Of a stretch of 64,000 nt of DNA, positions 13,782-28,345 are shown one piece after another. The notes under the pieces are model-generated. The model was not told the DNA's origin. It worked only from the letters and a program-made list of their open reading frames with translations, and ran no database searches. The DNA is from Octopus vulgaris (Eukaryota): positions 63,736,001 to 63,800,000 of the forward strand of contig OX597821.1 of the NCBI GenBank assembly GCA_951406725.2, written 5' to 3'. Positions within the stretch are counted from its first letter, which is position 1; every line of letters starts with the position of its first letter. The translations under genes and the position numbers were made by a program.

Positions 13782-14269
13782 CTGAAATAACAAGTAAGTA
13801 CTAATTAGCTATTCACTAGCCAATCAGTTTGGTTCTCTTATTTATATTCCCTCGAGAGTTAACACTTTGAATAGTATACAGGCCATTCTTAATGCAGAAT
13901 TACACTCTCACATTCATCCGAATGTAGAATTCAGAGTTTTATTCATCTATACCTAATACTATTTACTGTATTCCCCTCAAACCGGTTTTTCCTTATATTT
14001 GCACCATTAATGTGCTTCTGTGCTTGTGAATCAGTGAAAGAACTTGAGAGAGAGAGAGAAATAGAGAGAGAAAGAAGGAGAGAAACTGTGAGAGGGTGAG
14101 TAAATATATACGTGTATTCAACGTCTGCAATACAAACAAATGCCGTGTTGGTAATTTCGTCTCCAACGCTTCTACAGTTGTCCCTCGATTTTTTTCTTTC
14201 TCTTTTCTTCTCTCTTTCAAATCTACACCTTATTCCGAGGAAGAACAATATTCTTTTTGTTGCCCGTTT

Positions 14270-14900
14270 CCCTCATTAGACCGCAACCATGCTGGAGCAC
14301 CGTCAAAAAGAAATTTAGTCGTACGAATCGAGCCCAGTATTTATTCATGTTTTTAAGCTTGGTTATTATTCTATTGTGCTAGTTTGCGAACCGCTAAACT
14401 ATGTGGACGTATACACGCCGACACCAGTTTTTAAGGGACAGTGGAAGACAAACACTACCCCTTAAAAGGAGTAGTGGAAGAGAGAGAAAGAGAGATAATT
14501 CAAATAAATAACAGTTAAAATGCAGAGAAGAAAACGAAAAAAAAAAATGAACGTGAGAACGTGCACAAGAAATATATTAATTTGACGCTCATAGAAGGGA
14601 GAGAGTTGGTGTTAACATTTCGAGCATAGCTCTTCGTCGGAAGCAAGAAAGTCCATAGAGAAAGAAGGAAGAACAAGCAAAAGTCGCCAACAGTCCACGT
14701 GCAGTTACATTTCTGAAGTGACCATATATATTTATACGACGGGCTTCTTTCAATTTCTGTTTACCAAATCTTGTCACAAAGCTTTGGTTGACTCGAGGCT
14801 ATAGCAGAATACAGACGCCCAATGTGCCATGCAGTTGGAATGAACACGGAACATGTGGATCGGAAGGAAGCTTCTTTCCAGACAGCGACTCCTGCGCTTA
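14270..14900 (-). mobile_element. SINE family B interrupted by a PLE-end-like fragment (~14480-14720)
   Basis: SINE 3' part at 14270-14455 and 5' part at 14725-14900, with unrelated sequence between. Confidence 0.7.
14610..14644 (-). ncRNA. Minimal type I hammerhead-like motif
   Basis: RC: CTT-CCGACGA-A-GAGC TAT GCTC-GAAA-TGT-TA. Confidence 0.55.
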
Positions 14901-15039
14901 TAAGTTACAATTTATCTTACCATGTTTACGAGCATCATCTTAAGTTATAATACCTTGTATTTCATTTACTTAAACTTTAGTTATCTCGCTTCCCCTACAC
15001 ATATACACACACACATGCATATTCCTTTCCGTTTTTTAC

Positions 15040-15227
15040 ATTTTACTTGTTTCAGTCGAGCAAATCGACCCCAGGATTTATTCTTTGTAAGCCTAGTACT
15101 TATTCTATCGGACTCTTTTTACCGAACCGCTAAGTTACGCGTACGTAAACACACCAGCATCGGTTGTCGAGTGATGGTGGTGGGGGGACAAACACTGGTA
15201 CACAAACATATATACACACATACATAG

Positions 15228-15268
<41 letters not shown>

Positions 15269-15410
15269 CGACTGGCTTCTTTCAGTTTCCGTCTAGTAAA
15301 TCCACTCACAAAGCTTTGATCGGCCCGAGGCTATAGTAGAAGACACTTTCTCAAGGTATCAAGCAGTGGGGCTGAGCCCGGAACTATCTGGTTGGTAAAT
15401 TAGCTACTTT
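15040..15410 (-). mobile_element. SINE family B
   Basis: Family B motifs. Confidence 0.85.
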
Positions 15411-15816
15411 ATGTTATCAATTTGGCCATAAAGGCAGTACATTGAGGTGAATGATAATGATACAAGGATGATAAGGATGGGAGATGACGAAAAGCACCCA
15501 CCGACTTATGCTTCTCTAAATCATTGTTCTTTTTTTAAAAAATGCTGGATGAGGTATTAACCCTCTTCCAATTTTATTACATTTTATGGACTAAAAGGTC
15601 CATTTCAACAGGGATATGAATGACATGAATGGCATTACCTAGGACCTTCAAATGCCGTTGGCTCTGAAATATCTTCCAAAGTTATAGACCTAGATACTAA
15701 AAACAATACGAAAAATGTGTGTGTGTGTGTGTGCGCGCGAGAGAGAATATACATATACATAAATATATACACACATGCATGCATATGTTAATACCAACAT
15801 ACTTATATGTATGTGC

Positions 15817-15862
<46 letters not shown>

Positions 15863-17114
15863 AATATATGTATGTATATATATACATATATACATACATA
15901 CATACATACATACATATGTACATATATATATGTATATATATATATATGTGTGTGTATATATATATATATACACATATATATTACATACATATAAGAGGAA
16001 TGACCACTATGTGGACATCCATTATGCTAGAAGTAGATCCGCTATGGTCTTACCACTAAGAAAGGAATGTTCTCTAAAGGAGACCGGGTTTGTTAAAAGA
16101 GACAGCCTGCAGGTTCTGTGAAAAAGCATTTTGCGTCAATATCCAGAAATAAGCCCACAGTCTTCGAACCAATCTCCTATGAATTTGTGACATAAATCTA
16201 ATCCTACAAGGAACACTTCGATAAAAGAATATAAGGTGATTTGTTGAATATATATATATATATACATATATACATTGTCATTCGGTGTAACAACTTCCGC
16301 TATTAAAAATGTATTAGAAACGTTGGTCAACAATATTTTCATGAAATGATTCATTGGAAATGAATAAATTATGAATGTTGTTTCTTAATCTATCTTCAGT
16401 TCTCTTTTTCCTCATCCTTCGAAGTCTAGGTTTTAAAATATGACAGCTTTTATTCTTTTCGAAATAATGGTATAGTAACATTTTATACGAAATTTGTTTA
16501 TTTCTTAAATCGAAGTTCACAGTGTTTGAATAATTCATGTAAAATATTAGTAATCCTATTTTATATCATATATTGATATTTAACTTGATACGCGTGTAAT
16601 TCAAAAAATATTCACTAAATATTATTTAAACGTGCAATAAATATATTTTCTTGGTCTGGGTTATCACTACATAGCAAATAGCATTAGTTTGACATCAAGC
16701 CTTCTTTTCAAAATTCTCGGTACCGCGTTTCTATTGCACGAATCTTTTCCTGAATCGTTCTTACTCACCACACAAGAGTTTCTCGAAAAGAATCTTGATG
16801 AGAATATAGGAGATCCATTTTTAAAATCTCATGACCCATCTTTATTAGATTCAAAGAGATATTTTATACTAAAAAATGACATTATTTACCTGAAATTGTT
16901 CGTGTCAACATCTAAAGATGGCTGTTATTTTAATTACATCCTATCGATGATTTTTTACAAGTTCAATATCTTTTCAAATTTCTCGAATTACACGAGCACT
17001 GAAATATTCTCTCCACTTATTTAACACACTTCTTTAATTAATTTGGGACATTGATTTAGCAATTTTTTTCACTTTCAACGAATTTTAATACGTAGAAGTG
17101 TTGTAGGAATAATG

Positions 17115-17327
17115 ATTTCAAATCTTTACCACAAGGGCAGCTTGTAGCAAGGGGATTGATTCGATTGCATCGACCCCAGTGTTTCACGGGTACTTAATTT
17201 ATCGACCCCGAAAGGGTTAAAGGCAAAGTCGACCTCGGCAGAATTTGAACTCAGAACGTAGCGACGGGCGAAATCACGCTCAGCATTCTGTCCAGCGTGC
17301 TAACGATTCTGCCAGCACGCTGCCTTA
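17115..17327 (-). mobile_element. SINE family A
   Basis: TTTATCGACCCCGAAAGGGTTAAAGGCAAAGTCGACCTCGGCAGAATTTGAACTC is the RC of the family A core. Confidence 0.85.
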
Positions 17328-17759
17328 CAGAGTTTTAGAAATAATAAGGCTACAACTGATCAGTTAGATCAACAAAATTATCTTTTCTGCACAAAACGAT
17401 ACGCACTTAAATAATCTTAGCTGCAACTTTCTTCAGTATTCATTTAGAATCGATAGACAGTCCAGAACTTCTAGAAGTTGCGTCTTCATCGCTGTTATAG
17501 AACAGTATTGTAAAAAAGTCCATCATTTACAACTATCTGTTTCATCTTAGTGAACACGTCTACGTTGTGAATGCAGTTTTAGATACACAATACCCTTTTC
17601 ATTTATAAGAGAAAATAATTTAGTAAAAATTACAGGGATTAGAGAAAGTAATCATTACAATAACAGTTATTTGCATAACAAATGCTTTTTTCCCTCTCTC
17701 TAAAATAGGGATAATAAAAAGCGCCTATAGTTTCAATTTTTCATCTCATTTTTTTTTTA

Positions 17760-18120
17760 TTCAGTCATTTGACTACGGCCATGCTGGAGTACCACCCTGA
17801 CGAGTTGTAGTCGAAAGAAATTAACACCAGGACTTATTTTTTAAAGCTTAGTATTTATTCCACCATTCATTTTTGCTGAACCGCTAGCTTACGGAAACGT
17901 AAAGACACCAACACCAACATCGTTTGTCAAGCGGTGATAGGGGTGGGGGGCAAACACAGACACAAAGAGACACACACATAGATATACACGTATACATGTA
18001 TATACAACGAGCTTCTTTCAGTTTACGTCTACCAATTCCACCCGCAAGGCTTTGGTCGGCCCAAGGCTATAGTAGAAGACACTTGCCCAAGGTGCCGCTC
18101 AGTGAGAATGAACTCGGAAT
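17760..18120 (-). mobile_element. SINE family B (head truncated)
   Basis: Family B motifs. Confidence 0.8.
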
Positions 18121-18156
18121 ATCTATATATATATGTGTGTGCGTGTGTGTGTGTGT

Positions 18157-18330
18157 GTTGATAGAAATGGTAAGACAACAAAAGAATGAAAGAGACCTCG
18201 ATATTATGTAAGTAGAGGAATTTATCTGTAAATACAATATATGACAATTATTCGGTAGCCATGATAAAACTCCGAGTTTCGGATGTTGGGGTGGAAATCC
18301 ACGCCGCCATCTCTTCGGTAATCCGACCTT
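18157..18330 (-). mobile_element. PLE-end-like fragment with hammerhead-like motif (18263-18323)
   Basis: RC: GATTA-CCGAAGA-GATG..CATC-C-GAAA-CTCGGAG-TT-TTATC. Homologous to 60460-60627. Confidence 0.6.
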
Positions 18331-18413
18331 CGAAAAAATGCTGTGAAAATGACCGTTAAACAAAGGATGATTACTATGTGATTGAATAGTATTATCAAAT
18401 TGATATCGGTATT

Positions 18414-18775
18414 ATGTTTACAATTCACCGAAGACTAGGCTCCCGTACAATGCATCCCCTACAAAGGTTGAGATTACATCACATAAGAATACTGCGACAC
18501 AATTTCTTCTCTGCAAATGGTCCTGTTCTTTTCAATGTTAGTCCGAAAGAAATTAAAGTAGAAAAAGACCCTACTAATTTCAAACGGTACCTGGACAAAT
18601 TCCTCCATGAAATATCCGATAAACCACCTACACCTGGATACGTCTCAACAAACAGCAACTCTCTAATTGAGTGGTGCATGGTTTCCCGAAATGATTAAAA
18701 GACTTTTCCTGGTGATGTTATTGAATTTGTCATGGCCTACGCCGATAATGGCCAAAACCAATCTAAGTTATCAAA
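18414..18775 (+). mobile_element. Non-LTR LINE (CR1/L2/Jockey-group) ORF2 C-terminus and 3' UTR
   Basis: GPVLFNVSPKEIK..FKRYLDKFLHEISDKPPTPGY..SNSL fits the G-P-x-L-F-N-x-L-P..F-K-x-x-L-D-x-F-L C-terminal pattern of these LINEs. Confidence 0.7.
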
Positions 18776-18783
18776 GTTATATA

Positions 18784-18844
<61 letters not shown>

Positions 18845-18846
<2 letters not shown>

Positions 18847-19140
18847 AGGCGCAATGGCCCAGTGGTTAGGGCAGCGGACTTGCGGTCGGAGGATCTCAGT
18901 TTCGATTCCCAGACCGGGTGTTGTGTTTATTGAGCGAAAACACCGAGAAGCTCCACGAGGCTCCGTCAGAGGGTGTGGTGACCCCTGATGTACTCTTTCG
19001 CCACAACTTTCTCTCACTCTCTCTTCCTGTTTCTTGAGTATCACTGCGATGGACTGGCGTCCCGTCCAGCTGAGGGGAACACATACCCCACAGAAACCAG
19101 AAAACCGGGCCCATGAGCCTAGCTAGGTTTGAAAAGGGCG
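18845..19140 (+). mobile_element. tRNA(Arg)-like SINE family C
   Basis: GGAGGCGCAATGGCCCAGTGGTTAGGGCAGCGG..GTTTCGATTCCC. Second copy at 29757. Confidence 0.85.
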
Positions 19141-19150
19141 ATGTTTATCG

Positions 19151-19204
<54 letters not shown>

Positions 19205-19567
19205 CACACCAACACACACACACACACATTATGTGTCTTGTAGTTCGTTCTTTCACCGCTTTATAATCAGCTGTTGGTTTGCTTACGTCCCTGTAACCTG
19301 TTATATATATATATATATATATATATATGATTGAATGGACAAAAAAATAATAAAGGTCACTCAACACATTTAGTAGGAGTTATATGTATTATTTAAAACA
19401 GTTTGATTCTGTTCTATGCTATATAAAGTTATGCAGGCCACTAACAGAAGCCTGCCCAAGCTAATACGCGCCCATGCTACTGCACGTTAGGAGTGCTCCG
19501 ATACTACGTGGCTGAAAATTGAGAGCCGTAGCCAAACACTATATCAAATATATTTTTATATGATATA

Positions 19568-19745
19568 TAGGCGTTGGGGTGGCTGTGTGGTAAGTAGCTT
19601 GCTTACGAACCACATGGTTCAGGGTTCAGTTCCACTGCGTTTCAATTTGGGCAAGTGTCTTCTACTATATCCTCGAGTCGACCAAAGTCTTGTGAGTGGA
19701 TTTGGTAGACGGAAACTGAAAGAAGCCTGTCGTATATATATATAA

Positions 19746-19792
<47 letters not shown>

Positions 19793-19990
19793 TGTGTCTG
19801 TGTTTCTCCCTCCACCATCACTTGACAATCAATGCTGGTGTGTTTACGCCCCCGTATCTTAGCGGTTCGGCAAAAGAGACCGATATAATAAGTACTAGAC
19901 TTACAAAGAATAAGTCCTGGGGTCGATTTGCTCGACTAAAGGCGGTGTTCCAGCATGGCCACAGTCACATGACTGAAAGAAGTAAAAAGA
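19568..19990 (+). mobile_element. SINE family B
   Basis: Full-length family B match. Confidence 0.9.
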
Positions 19991-20509
19991 AAAAAGTAAA
20001 AGGATCATTTAATATAAGCCGTCGTTGTATCTTTGTTATCATAGTTCCTGCTGACACAAGAGAAACTGTCTGCATTATTCTTATAATCATGAGCCGCCTT
20101 ATCAAATGGCAAAGATGAAGGCAAATAATCTGAAAAATACAAAATATTTCGAATACTGTAAGACAAATAATTGGTTTCAAATAAAAGAAAATTATACATG
20201 CTTCTGAAAGGAAACGGAAGACTGCTATAAAAAAGAAATCAGCATCGGAAATGATTTTTGTTCCAAACAAAAACTCGTCTCCGACGAAGATTCTTTGTGT
20301 TGACCAGTATAATCAATTAATATTCCGAGTCTAAGAAATAAAATCTGAAGAAAAATACCACAGAAAACAACGTTGCGAAAAAGAATAAGTTTAAGAATGA
20401 CGTTACAGGAAATCCTCAATAAATAACCGAGTGAATATTTTTGTTGGTTTGTTTGAGTGCTCTGTTTAGAATATTAAATAAAATTGATATATTTTATTTT
20501 TTCAAATAT

Positions 20510-20880
20510 AGGCGCAGGCATGGCTATGCGGTAGAAAGCTTGCTTTCCAACCATGTAGTCTTAGATTCAGTCCAAGTACCCATACACAGGATATGTGTCT
20601 TTCACTATAGCCTCGGGCTGACTAAATCGCCGTGAGTTGAGTCGGTTGACAGAAGCTGAAAGAATCCTCAGTGTGTGGATGTGTGTCTTCATGTTTGTCG
20701 CCCTCACCACCGCTCCACAACATGTGTTGGATCGTTTCCTTATGGTTAGGAAAAAGAAAAGACTCATAAAATAGTAACTATGCCATAAAACTAAGAACTG
20801 GGACCAATTTGTTCGACTAAACCGTTCGAGGTGATGCCTCGTGAATGACTTCAGTGCGAAGACTAAAACGAACAAAGAAA
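20510..20880 (+). mobile_element. SINE family B (diverged)
   Basis: GGCGCAGGCATGGCTATGCGGTAGAAAGCTTGCTTTCCAACCATGT head. Confidence 0.7.
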
Positions 20881-20984
20881 AAATATATATGCGTAAAGCC
20901 ATTCCATACAGTGTGTTTGCATATTAATCGGGTCGCAATTTTTGCTAATGAGCATCTTGGGATATTCTTTTCTACTCTAGGCAT

Positions 20985-21550
20985 CAGGTCCGAAATTTTG
21001 GGGGAGAGGGCCAATCGATTAGATCGACCCCAGTTTAGGACTGGTACTTATTTAAACGACCCTGAAAGGATGAAAGGCAAAGTCGACCTTGACGGAATTT
21101 GAACTCATAACATAGTGGCAGACAAAATACCTATTTCTTTTCTACCCACAAGGGGCTACACACAGAGGGGACAAACAAAGACAGATAAACGGATTAGGCC
21201 GATTATATCGACTCCAGTGCGTAACTGGTACTTATTTAATCGACCCCGAAAGGAGGAAAGTCAAAGTCGACCTCGGTGGAATTGGAACTCAGAATGTAAA
21301 GACAGACGAAATACCTGTTTCTTTACTACCCACAAGGGGCTACACCCAGAAGGGACAAACAAGGACAGACAAACGGATTAAGTCGATTACATCGACCACA
21401 GTGCGTAACTGGTACTTATTTAATCGACCCCGAAAGGATGAAAGCCAAGGTCGACCTCGGCGGAATTTGAACTCAGCTCGGAGCGGCAGACGAAATACTG
21501 CTAAGCATTTCGCCCGGCGTGCTAACGATTCTACCAGCTCACCGCCTTAA
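20985..21550 (-). mobile_element. SINE family A head-to-tail trimer
   Basis: Single head at ~21550. Junctions at 21315/21316 and 21131/21132 give a 184-bp unit. Confidence 0.9.
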
Positions 21551-21589
21551 GCCGCTCGAGATATTGTCTTTGTTCTTTTATGTGCTTTT

Positions 21590-21960
21590 ATTTGTTTCAG
21601 TCGTTTGACTGCGGCCATGCTGGAGCACCACCTTTAAGTCGAGCAAATAGACCCTAAGACTTATTTCTTGTTAGCCTAATACTTATTCTGTCGGTCACTT
21701 TTTGCCGAACCGCTAAGTTACGAGGACGTAAACACACCAGCATCGGTTGTCAGTCGATGGTGGGGGGGACAAACACATGCACACAAACACACATGCACAC
21801 ATATATATACGACGGGCTTCTTTCAGTTTCCGTCTACGAAATCCACCCACAAGGTCATGGTCAGTGCGAGGCTTTAGAAGAAGACACATGCCCAAGGTGT
21901 CACGCAGTGGGACTGAACCCGGAACCATGTGGGTAGTAAGCAAGCTACTTACTACAGCCT
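21590..21960 (-). mobile_element. SINE family B
   Basis: Family B motifs. Confidence 0.9.
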
Positions 21961-22301
21961 ATTTAAATAATTTAAATAATTAAGGAAAAAACAACATTTT
22001 TGTTGTGTATTTTTCTTGGCCATAATTGAAATTTATTTATTATTTTCCATATATATTTAACCTTTCATCATTTACTTTTCACTTTTTTAGTCAGTTGACT
22101 GTGGACATGCTGGAGCACCGCCTACAAGAGTTTTTTAGTCGCAATAATCGACTGTAGACTTTCCGAAACGCTAAGATATGTGGACGTAACCAGAGCGACA
22201 CCGGTTGTCAAGTAGTTGTAGAGGACGGTACACAGTCGCAAAGATAGACACACACATTCTTTCTTACATGCACAAATACACATGCATGTGTGTATGCCTG
22301 C

Positions 22302-22336
<35 letters not shown>

Positions 22337-22414
22337 CATACATATATATACACACAAGCATATATATATATATACACACATATATATATATATACACACA
22401 CATATATATATACG

Positions 22415-22486
<72 letters not shown>

Positions 22487-22735
22487 TATATACACATATA
22501 TATATACATATATATATATACATATATATACACACACGGACACACAGAGACACACACACACACACACACCTCCACAAAATGATCATAGAAAGTGTGACCC
22601 CAAATGACATTTGTCAGGCCAACCTACGCACAACACACACTCAGTGACATCGAAATGGACAGCCAAGTTCTTATAAAACCACAGGAGGTCCAGTAGACCA
22701 ACGCGGAAATAACACTTCTTCCCTCTCAGATATAA

Positions 22736-22777
<42 letters not shown>

Positions 22778-23074
22778 ACACACACACATACACATACACA
22801 CATGTTTTCTCTGTCTCACTTCCTCCTCACCCTCTTGTACTATATCTTATTCCTCCGCACTACTACGAAACTATAAAATGTTCAAACTCCCCACAATTGA
22901 TTTGATTTGAAAACCCCACTAGATTGGGAGAAAGCGCTAATCCGAATGATATGATCTGAATGATATGATATATATGTAAAAAATGTAATATTGTAAATAA
23001 ATATCTACAAATATGAACCATCTGATCTGATTACCTCATTTTTTCTAATATATATACATATATATATATATACA

Positions 23075-23169
<95 letters not shown>

Positions 23170-23479
23170 TACACCTTGCTTTCTGTTTCCTTCTACCAGA
23201 TCCACTCACTTGGTCGGCTAAATAGAAGAAACTTGACCAAAATTGCTATGCAGAGGGACTGAACCTGAAAACATACGGTTGGGAAGCTAACTTCTTACCT
23301 CACAGCCATGCCTGAGTTTTACACAGATAGGTATTTCTCCCCTTGTCTTTTCTTCGGAATACAACCATCCATAGTTGTACGAAGTTAGACATCTCAGTAT
23401 TACTTCAATTTCTAATATTATATAACATGAGAAGCTAACGTGGTAAGAAGTAAAGTTCCACCCTGAGTCATGTAGACTC

Positions 23480-23712
23480 ATAGACGTAAAACTACCAGGG
23501 CTGGTTTCTCGATTTCCATGGAATATATATTCGCCACCTGGACGGGACGCTGGTCCGTTGCAGGATTACTCACTTTTGCTAGCTCAGCAAACTGAAGCAA
23601 CGTGAAATAAAGTGTTTTGCTCCAAAAAAATACGTGCCGCACGGTCCAGTAATCGAAACCAGAATTTTTCGATCATGAATCCGACAACCTAACCACTAAG
23701 CCACGCGCCCCC
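23480..23712 (-). mobile_element. SINE family C-like
   Basis: RC head GGGGCGCGTGGCTTAGTGGTTAGGTTGTCGGATTCATGATCG..GGTTTCGATTACTGG. Confidence 0.75.
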
Positions 23713-24208
23713 GCGAGAAGCTAATACTGCAAGAATAACAAACTTACGATATGAAAGATAACGATATGAAACTCAAAGATTAAAAAAAAATTATACTTCA
23801 TTTAAAAAAAAATTTAAATATAAAGAAAACTAAGTATGCAATAATACATTTTCTGTATCGAAGATTATAATTAAGAATTAGGACAAGCTGGGAGACATTT
23901 TCCAATCTTCAGGAACGAGAGCTCCTCCTTGAACATGTTGTTTTTAGAAATATATTTATTTTGAATATTCTTATTATCTGATATTATTTCTAACGGTAAC
24001 ATTTTTTATTTTTATTTTTATTTCTATATTGAGGACGGAGAAAGTATATTTAATCTCTCTTTTTATTTTTTTACTTCAATTCCTGTTTGTCAGTGAAGAA
24101 AATAATCTGACGAATATATCATTAGACAAGTAGTGCGTGTAAGACTGATAATAGTCCTATCTGTCACACATTCTGCTTAGATATGATTTATAACATCAGC
24201 AACAAAGA

Positions 24209-24273
<65 letters not shown>

Positions 24274-24516
24274 TAATGATGATGATGATGATGATGATAA
24301 TAGTGTTTGTTTTTTTTAACAGGAAATATACAAATACAAATAATAATTAATGATGTTATTGTTGTTTAGGTTGATAATGCTTCGACATAGTTGTAAATAT
24401 AATTATGAAGAGATGAAGCTATGATTTTATAACTTGATCATGGTTGATGAATCTTGCCACGATACAGATAATATATCATACACAGATGAGATAAATAGAT
24501 AGATATATAGATAGAT

Positions 24517-24549
<33 letters not shown>

Positions 24550-24857
24550 CAGATGAGTTGGTAGATAGAGAGAGAGAGAGGAGGAGAGAGAGGAGGAGAG
24601 AGAGGAGGAAGAGGAGGATAGAGTTAGAGAGAGTCCTAAGAAAGATATCTTTTAGCACACATACGCATATACTATAATATATGTTCGAGTATGAGTTTAT
24701 ATTGAAAGCATATATATTTCTGAAGGTTTCGGCCTTTTGGCTATAACTGTAAAACTACTTATTGAATTACAGGAATATGTTAGCGCTTCTGTGTGTCAAT
24801 ATGCGTGAGCGTATGTATACACACAGACATATGTATATATATATATATATGTATATA

Positions 24858-24991
<134 letters not shown>

Positions 24992-25107
24992 ACACACAAA
25001 GTCGATCTTACACAAACACGCATTGATACATGCGCACGCACATAGCTCTTTCCCTTTCTCTCCGTCTCTGTTCCAATTTCTCTCTCTCTTTCTCTGTGTA
25101 TATATTA

Positions 25108-25176
<69 letters not shown>

Positions 25177-25701
25177 ATACAGACATATATAAACACACAT
25201 AGGTATGTGTGTGTGTTCTATTATGTGGTTATTTCACAGATATGAAATGCAATTAAGGTTCGTATACTTCATATATACACACACACGCACACACAAACAC
25301 GCATAGCCACAGGCACACACAAGCACAGACACAATAACGTGTAATGCACGTGAAGCCACATATATGTACGTGGCTCACAAACATTCACGCATATAAACAT
25401 CCACACATGCATACACACACACACATACATATATATCCATATATATAAATATATATATGTATATATATATATATATATATATACATACATACACATATAC
25501 ACAGACACACATATATATATACATATATATGTATGTGTATGTATAAATGTCTGTATGTATATATATATATATTTATATTTATATATATATTTACATATAT
25601 ATACATATATATATAAATATATAATTATATACCTGAATATATATATGTGTGTGTATGTATATATACATATATGCATATATATGTATGTATATATATATAT
25701 T

Positions 25702-25761
<60 letters not shown>

Positions 25762-26130
25762 TACACACACACACACACACATATATATATAGTTGCATAA
25801 TTACACGCAGACATTGTAAATACTAACACACACACACACATTTTATCTATTCAGTACTAATTGGATTTATTTCTCCTAAACAAATTTCGAGAAAACATCC
25901 GTGAATATTTTTCTCTGAATTACTTTCATTCGACTTTGTATTTTAACATTTTTGCTAGTTTATTTTGAATCCATTTCACTATATCTATATGTATAATCTA
26001 GGAAGAGATGGACCAAAATTTCGCGTACAAACTTATTGCAAGTATTTCCTATATTTCTTTTTTCTGTAACTATAGGTATGCATGAGTTGTGCACACACAC
26101 ACACACACACACACACACAGATACATACAT

Positions 26131-26163
<33 letters not shown>

Positions 26164-26188
26164 AATGTGTATATATATACATATATAC

Positions 26189-26221
<33 letters not shown>

Positions 26222-26291
26222 CATACATACATATATTATGCATATATGTAGATACATATTAAATGTCTATAATATATATATATATGTGTAC

Positions 26292-26336
<45 letters not shown>

Positions 26337-26341
26337 TATAC

Positions 26342-26401
<60 letters not shown>

Positions 26402-27182
26402 GTGTGTGTGTTTATGTGTGTCTGTATTAATTGTTTAGCTGATATAATGTGCGTACGTAGTAGCCTTGTTATCGTCTAATTGGTGCGAACTCTTAGTAAT
26501 ACCAATAGATAAACGGGAAAATACACTTGAAACTTTGATTTTCGAAGGTGAACAAAACCATAAATGTATAACGAATAACGTGTAATGCAGTCATAGTATC
26601 ATAACAGAACACAACCTTTGGTATTGCTGAACTGTTCCAAGATAAATTTTGATATCTGTTCTTCTTCAGACCATCATCGTGAGAAAGGAAATCACATCTT
26701 GTTAAGTAGGAGGCAATATAGTGGATGGAATTAAGATAATGCAGTGGAATGCATTTGCTGTTTGAAATGCATGTGGTCGATATTCAATTTGTTGCATTAG
26801 ATAAAAAAATAACGAGAGGAAATATAGTGCACTCTAAATGTAAAGCTATGATATATATACTTCATATATATTGGGTATCACAAAAATACAAGACATTTAG
26901 GTTATCTCACATTTTGCTATCACTTGCCTACAGGTCTCAGTGATAAGTCTACAGTCAAGCGGGGTTATCACCTTCGTGTGATTTCCATGTCTTCTCATTT
27001 AATTTTTTTCTCGCCTATATCGACCACATTAGTTTGTTTGCCTAATAGATACTTTGTTTGCTATGTTAGTGAAGTATGGGAAAAAGCGAGCTTGACTTAA
27101 ACGAATATAACTCGAACTGAATCAATAAATAACGTTGCAAATTTGTTCTATGATATATATATATATATATATATAAGTACAT

Positions 27183-27250
<68 letters not shown>

Positions 27251-27371
27251 TATGAGAAGTAATGGTGTCAAGAAGACCCTAAGGCGTCAGGTAATGCTGA
27301 GTAAGTGTTATGGGCAGACTATATTTAAGCTCCAGGTTATGTGATTATGCAGATGAGGAGTCCAACATGCG

Positions 27372-27632
27372 TATAAATAAAAGAATAACAGAAGGAGAGA
27401 AAAATCCAAGCCTGCGAAAGATTTCAGAACATTTATTAAGATAAGGTCTTACAGCTGTTTCCGGGATATTTTATATACCCCTTCATCGGAGACGGTGTGA
27501 ACTATTGCTAAACCATTTTCTCACACCGTCTCCAATGAAGTGATATATAAAATATCCCGGAAACAGCTGTAAGATCATCTCTTTATAAATGTTCTGAAAT
27601 CTTTCACAGCCTTGGATGTTTATCTCATTCTG

Positions 27633-27645
<13 letters not shown>
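27372..27645. mobile_element. Fold-back non-coding element, each arm with a hammerhead-like motif
   Basis: Arms ~27372-27501 and ~27520-27645 are inverted copies. Motifs at 27446-27493 (-) and 27528-27575 (+). (TA)n on the right. Confidence 0.75.
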
Positions 27646-27676
<31 letters not shown>

Positions 27677-28264
27677 CGAGAGAGACAGACAGACAGAGAA
27701 ATGTTTGTGCGAGTGTGGTTGTATACACATATAATATATGTTTGTATCTCTGTGTGTTTGTATGTATATTAAAATATAATGCAATAGCCACGACGCTTTA
27801 GAGATCTTCCGGTTTTGTTGATAGTGAAGTTCGGTGAAACTGAGAGAAAGTTATCTTCAAACCAAAACTCAGCCTGAATTCTTGAATGGAATGGACCCTG
27901 TGGAAAGTATCCCCGTTGTTAGGTGGTGCCGATAAACTGGCTGACGTATTATGTCTACAACTAATGCAGTCCACAGAGGCAGTTGGACTCAGAATGTAAA
28001 GAGCATTGTACATTGATTCTGGTGTATAACCTCCCCCAGCAAAATTTAATTAGTTACCGCCTCTCTGTCAACACTGGAAATCTCATCAATCATTTTGATT
28101 CTCTGGAAACTTAGATACCATTTTAATAGTTCATATCCGCTGATAGTGCCAAGAAAAGGGCTTGCATCAGAATTCCGAGTCTTACTTTCTATTTTCTGCA
28201 AATTGTTATACAAATGTGAGCTTTGTAAATGGATTTGGTGGATGGAAACTGAGAGAAGCCCGTC

Positions 28265-28339
<75 letters not shown>

Positions 28340-28345
<6 letters not shown>

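Noticed and set aside
16136-17100. Possible decayed RT remnant (also 50240-50760 and 3050-3930)
   Set aside because: No motif clear enough to assign by eye.
18845-18925. tRNA gene-like sequences at SINE heads
   Set aside because: They run straight into SINE bodies and lack a clean acceptor stem.
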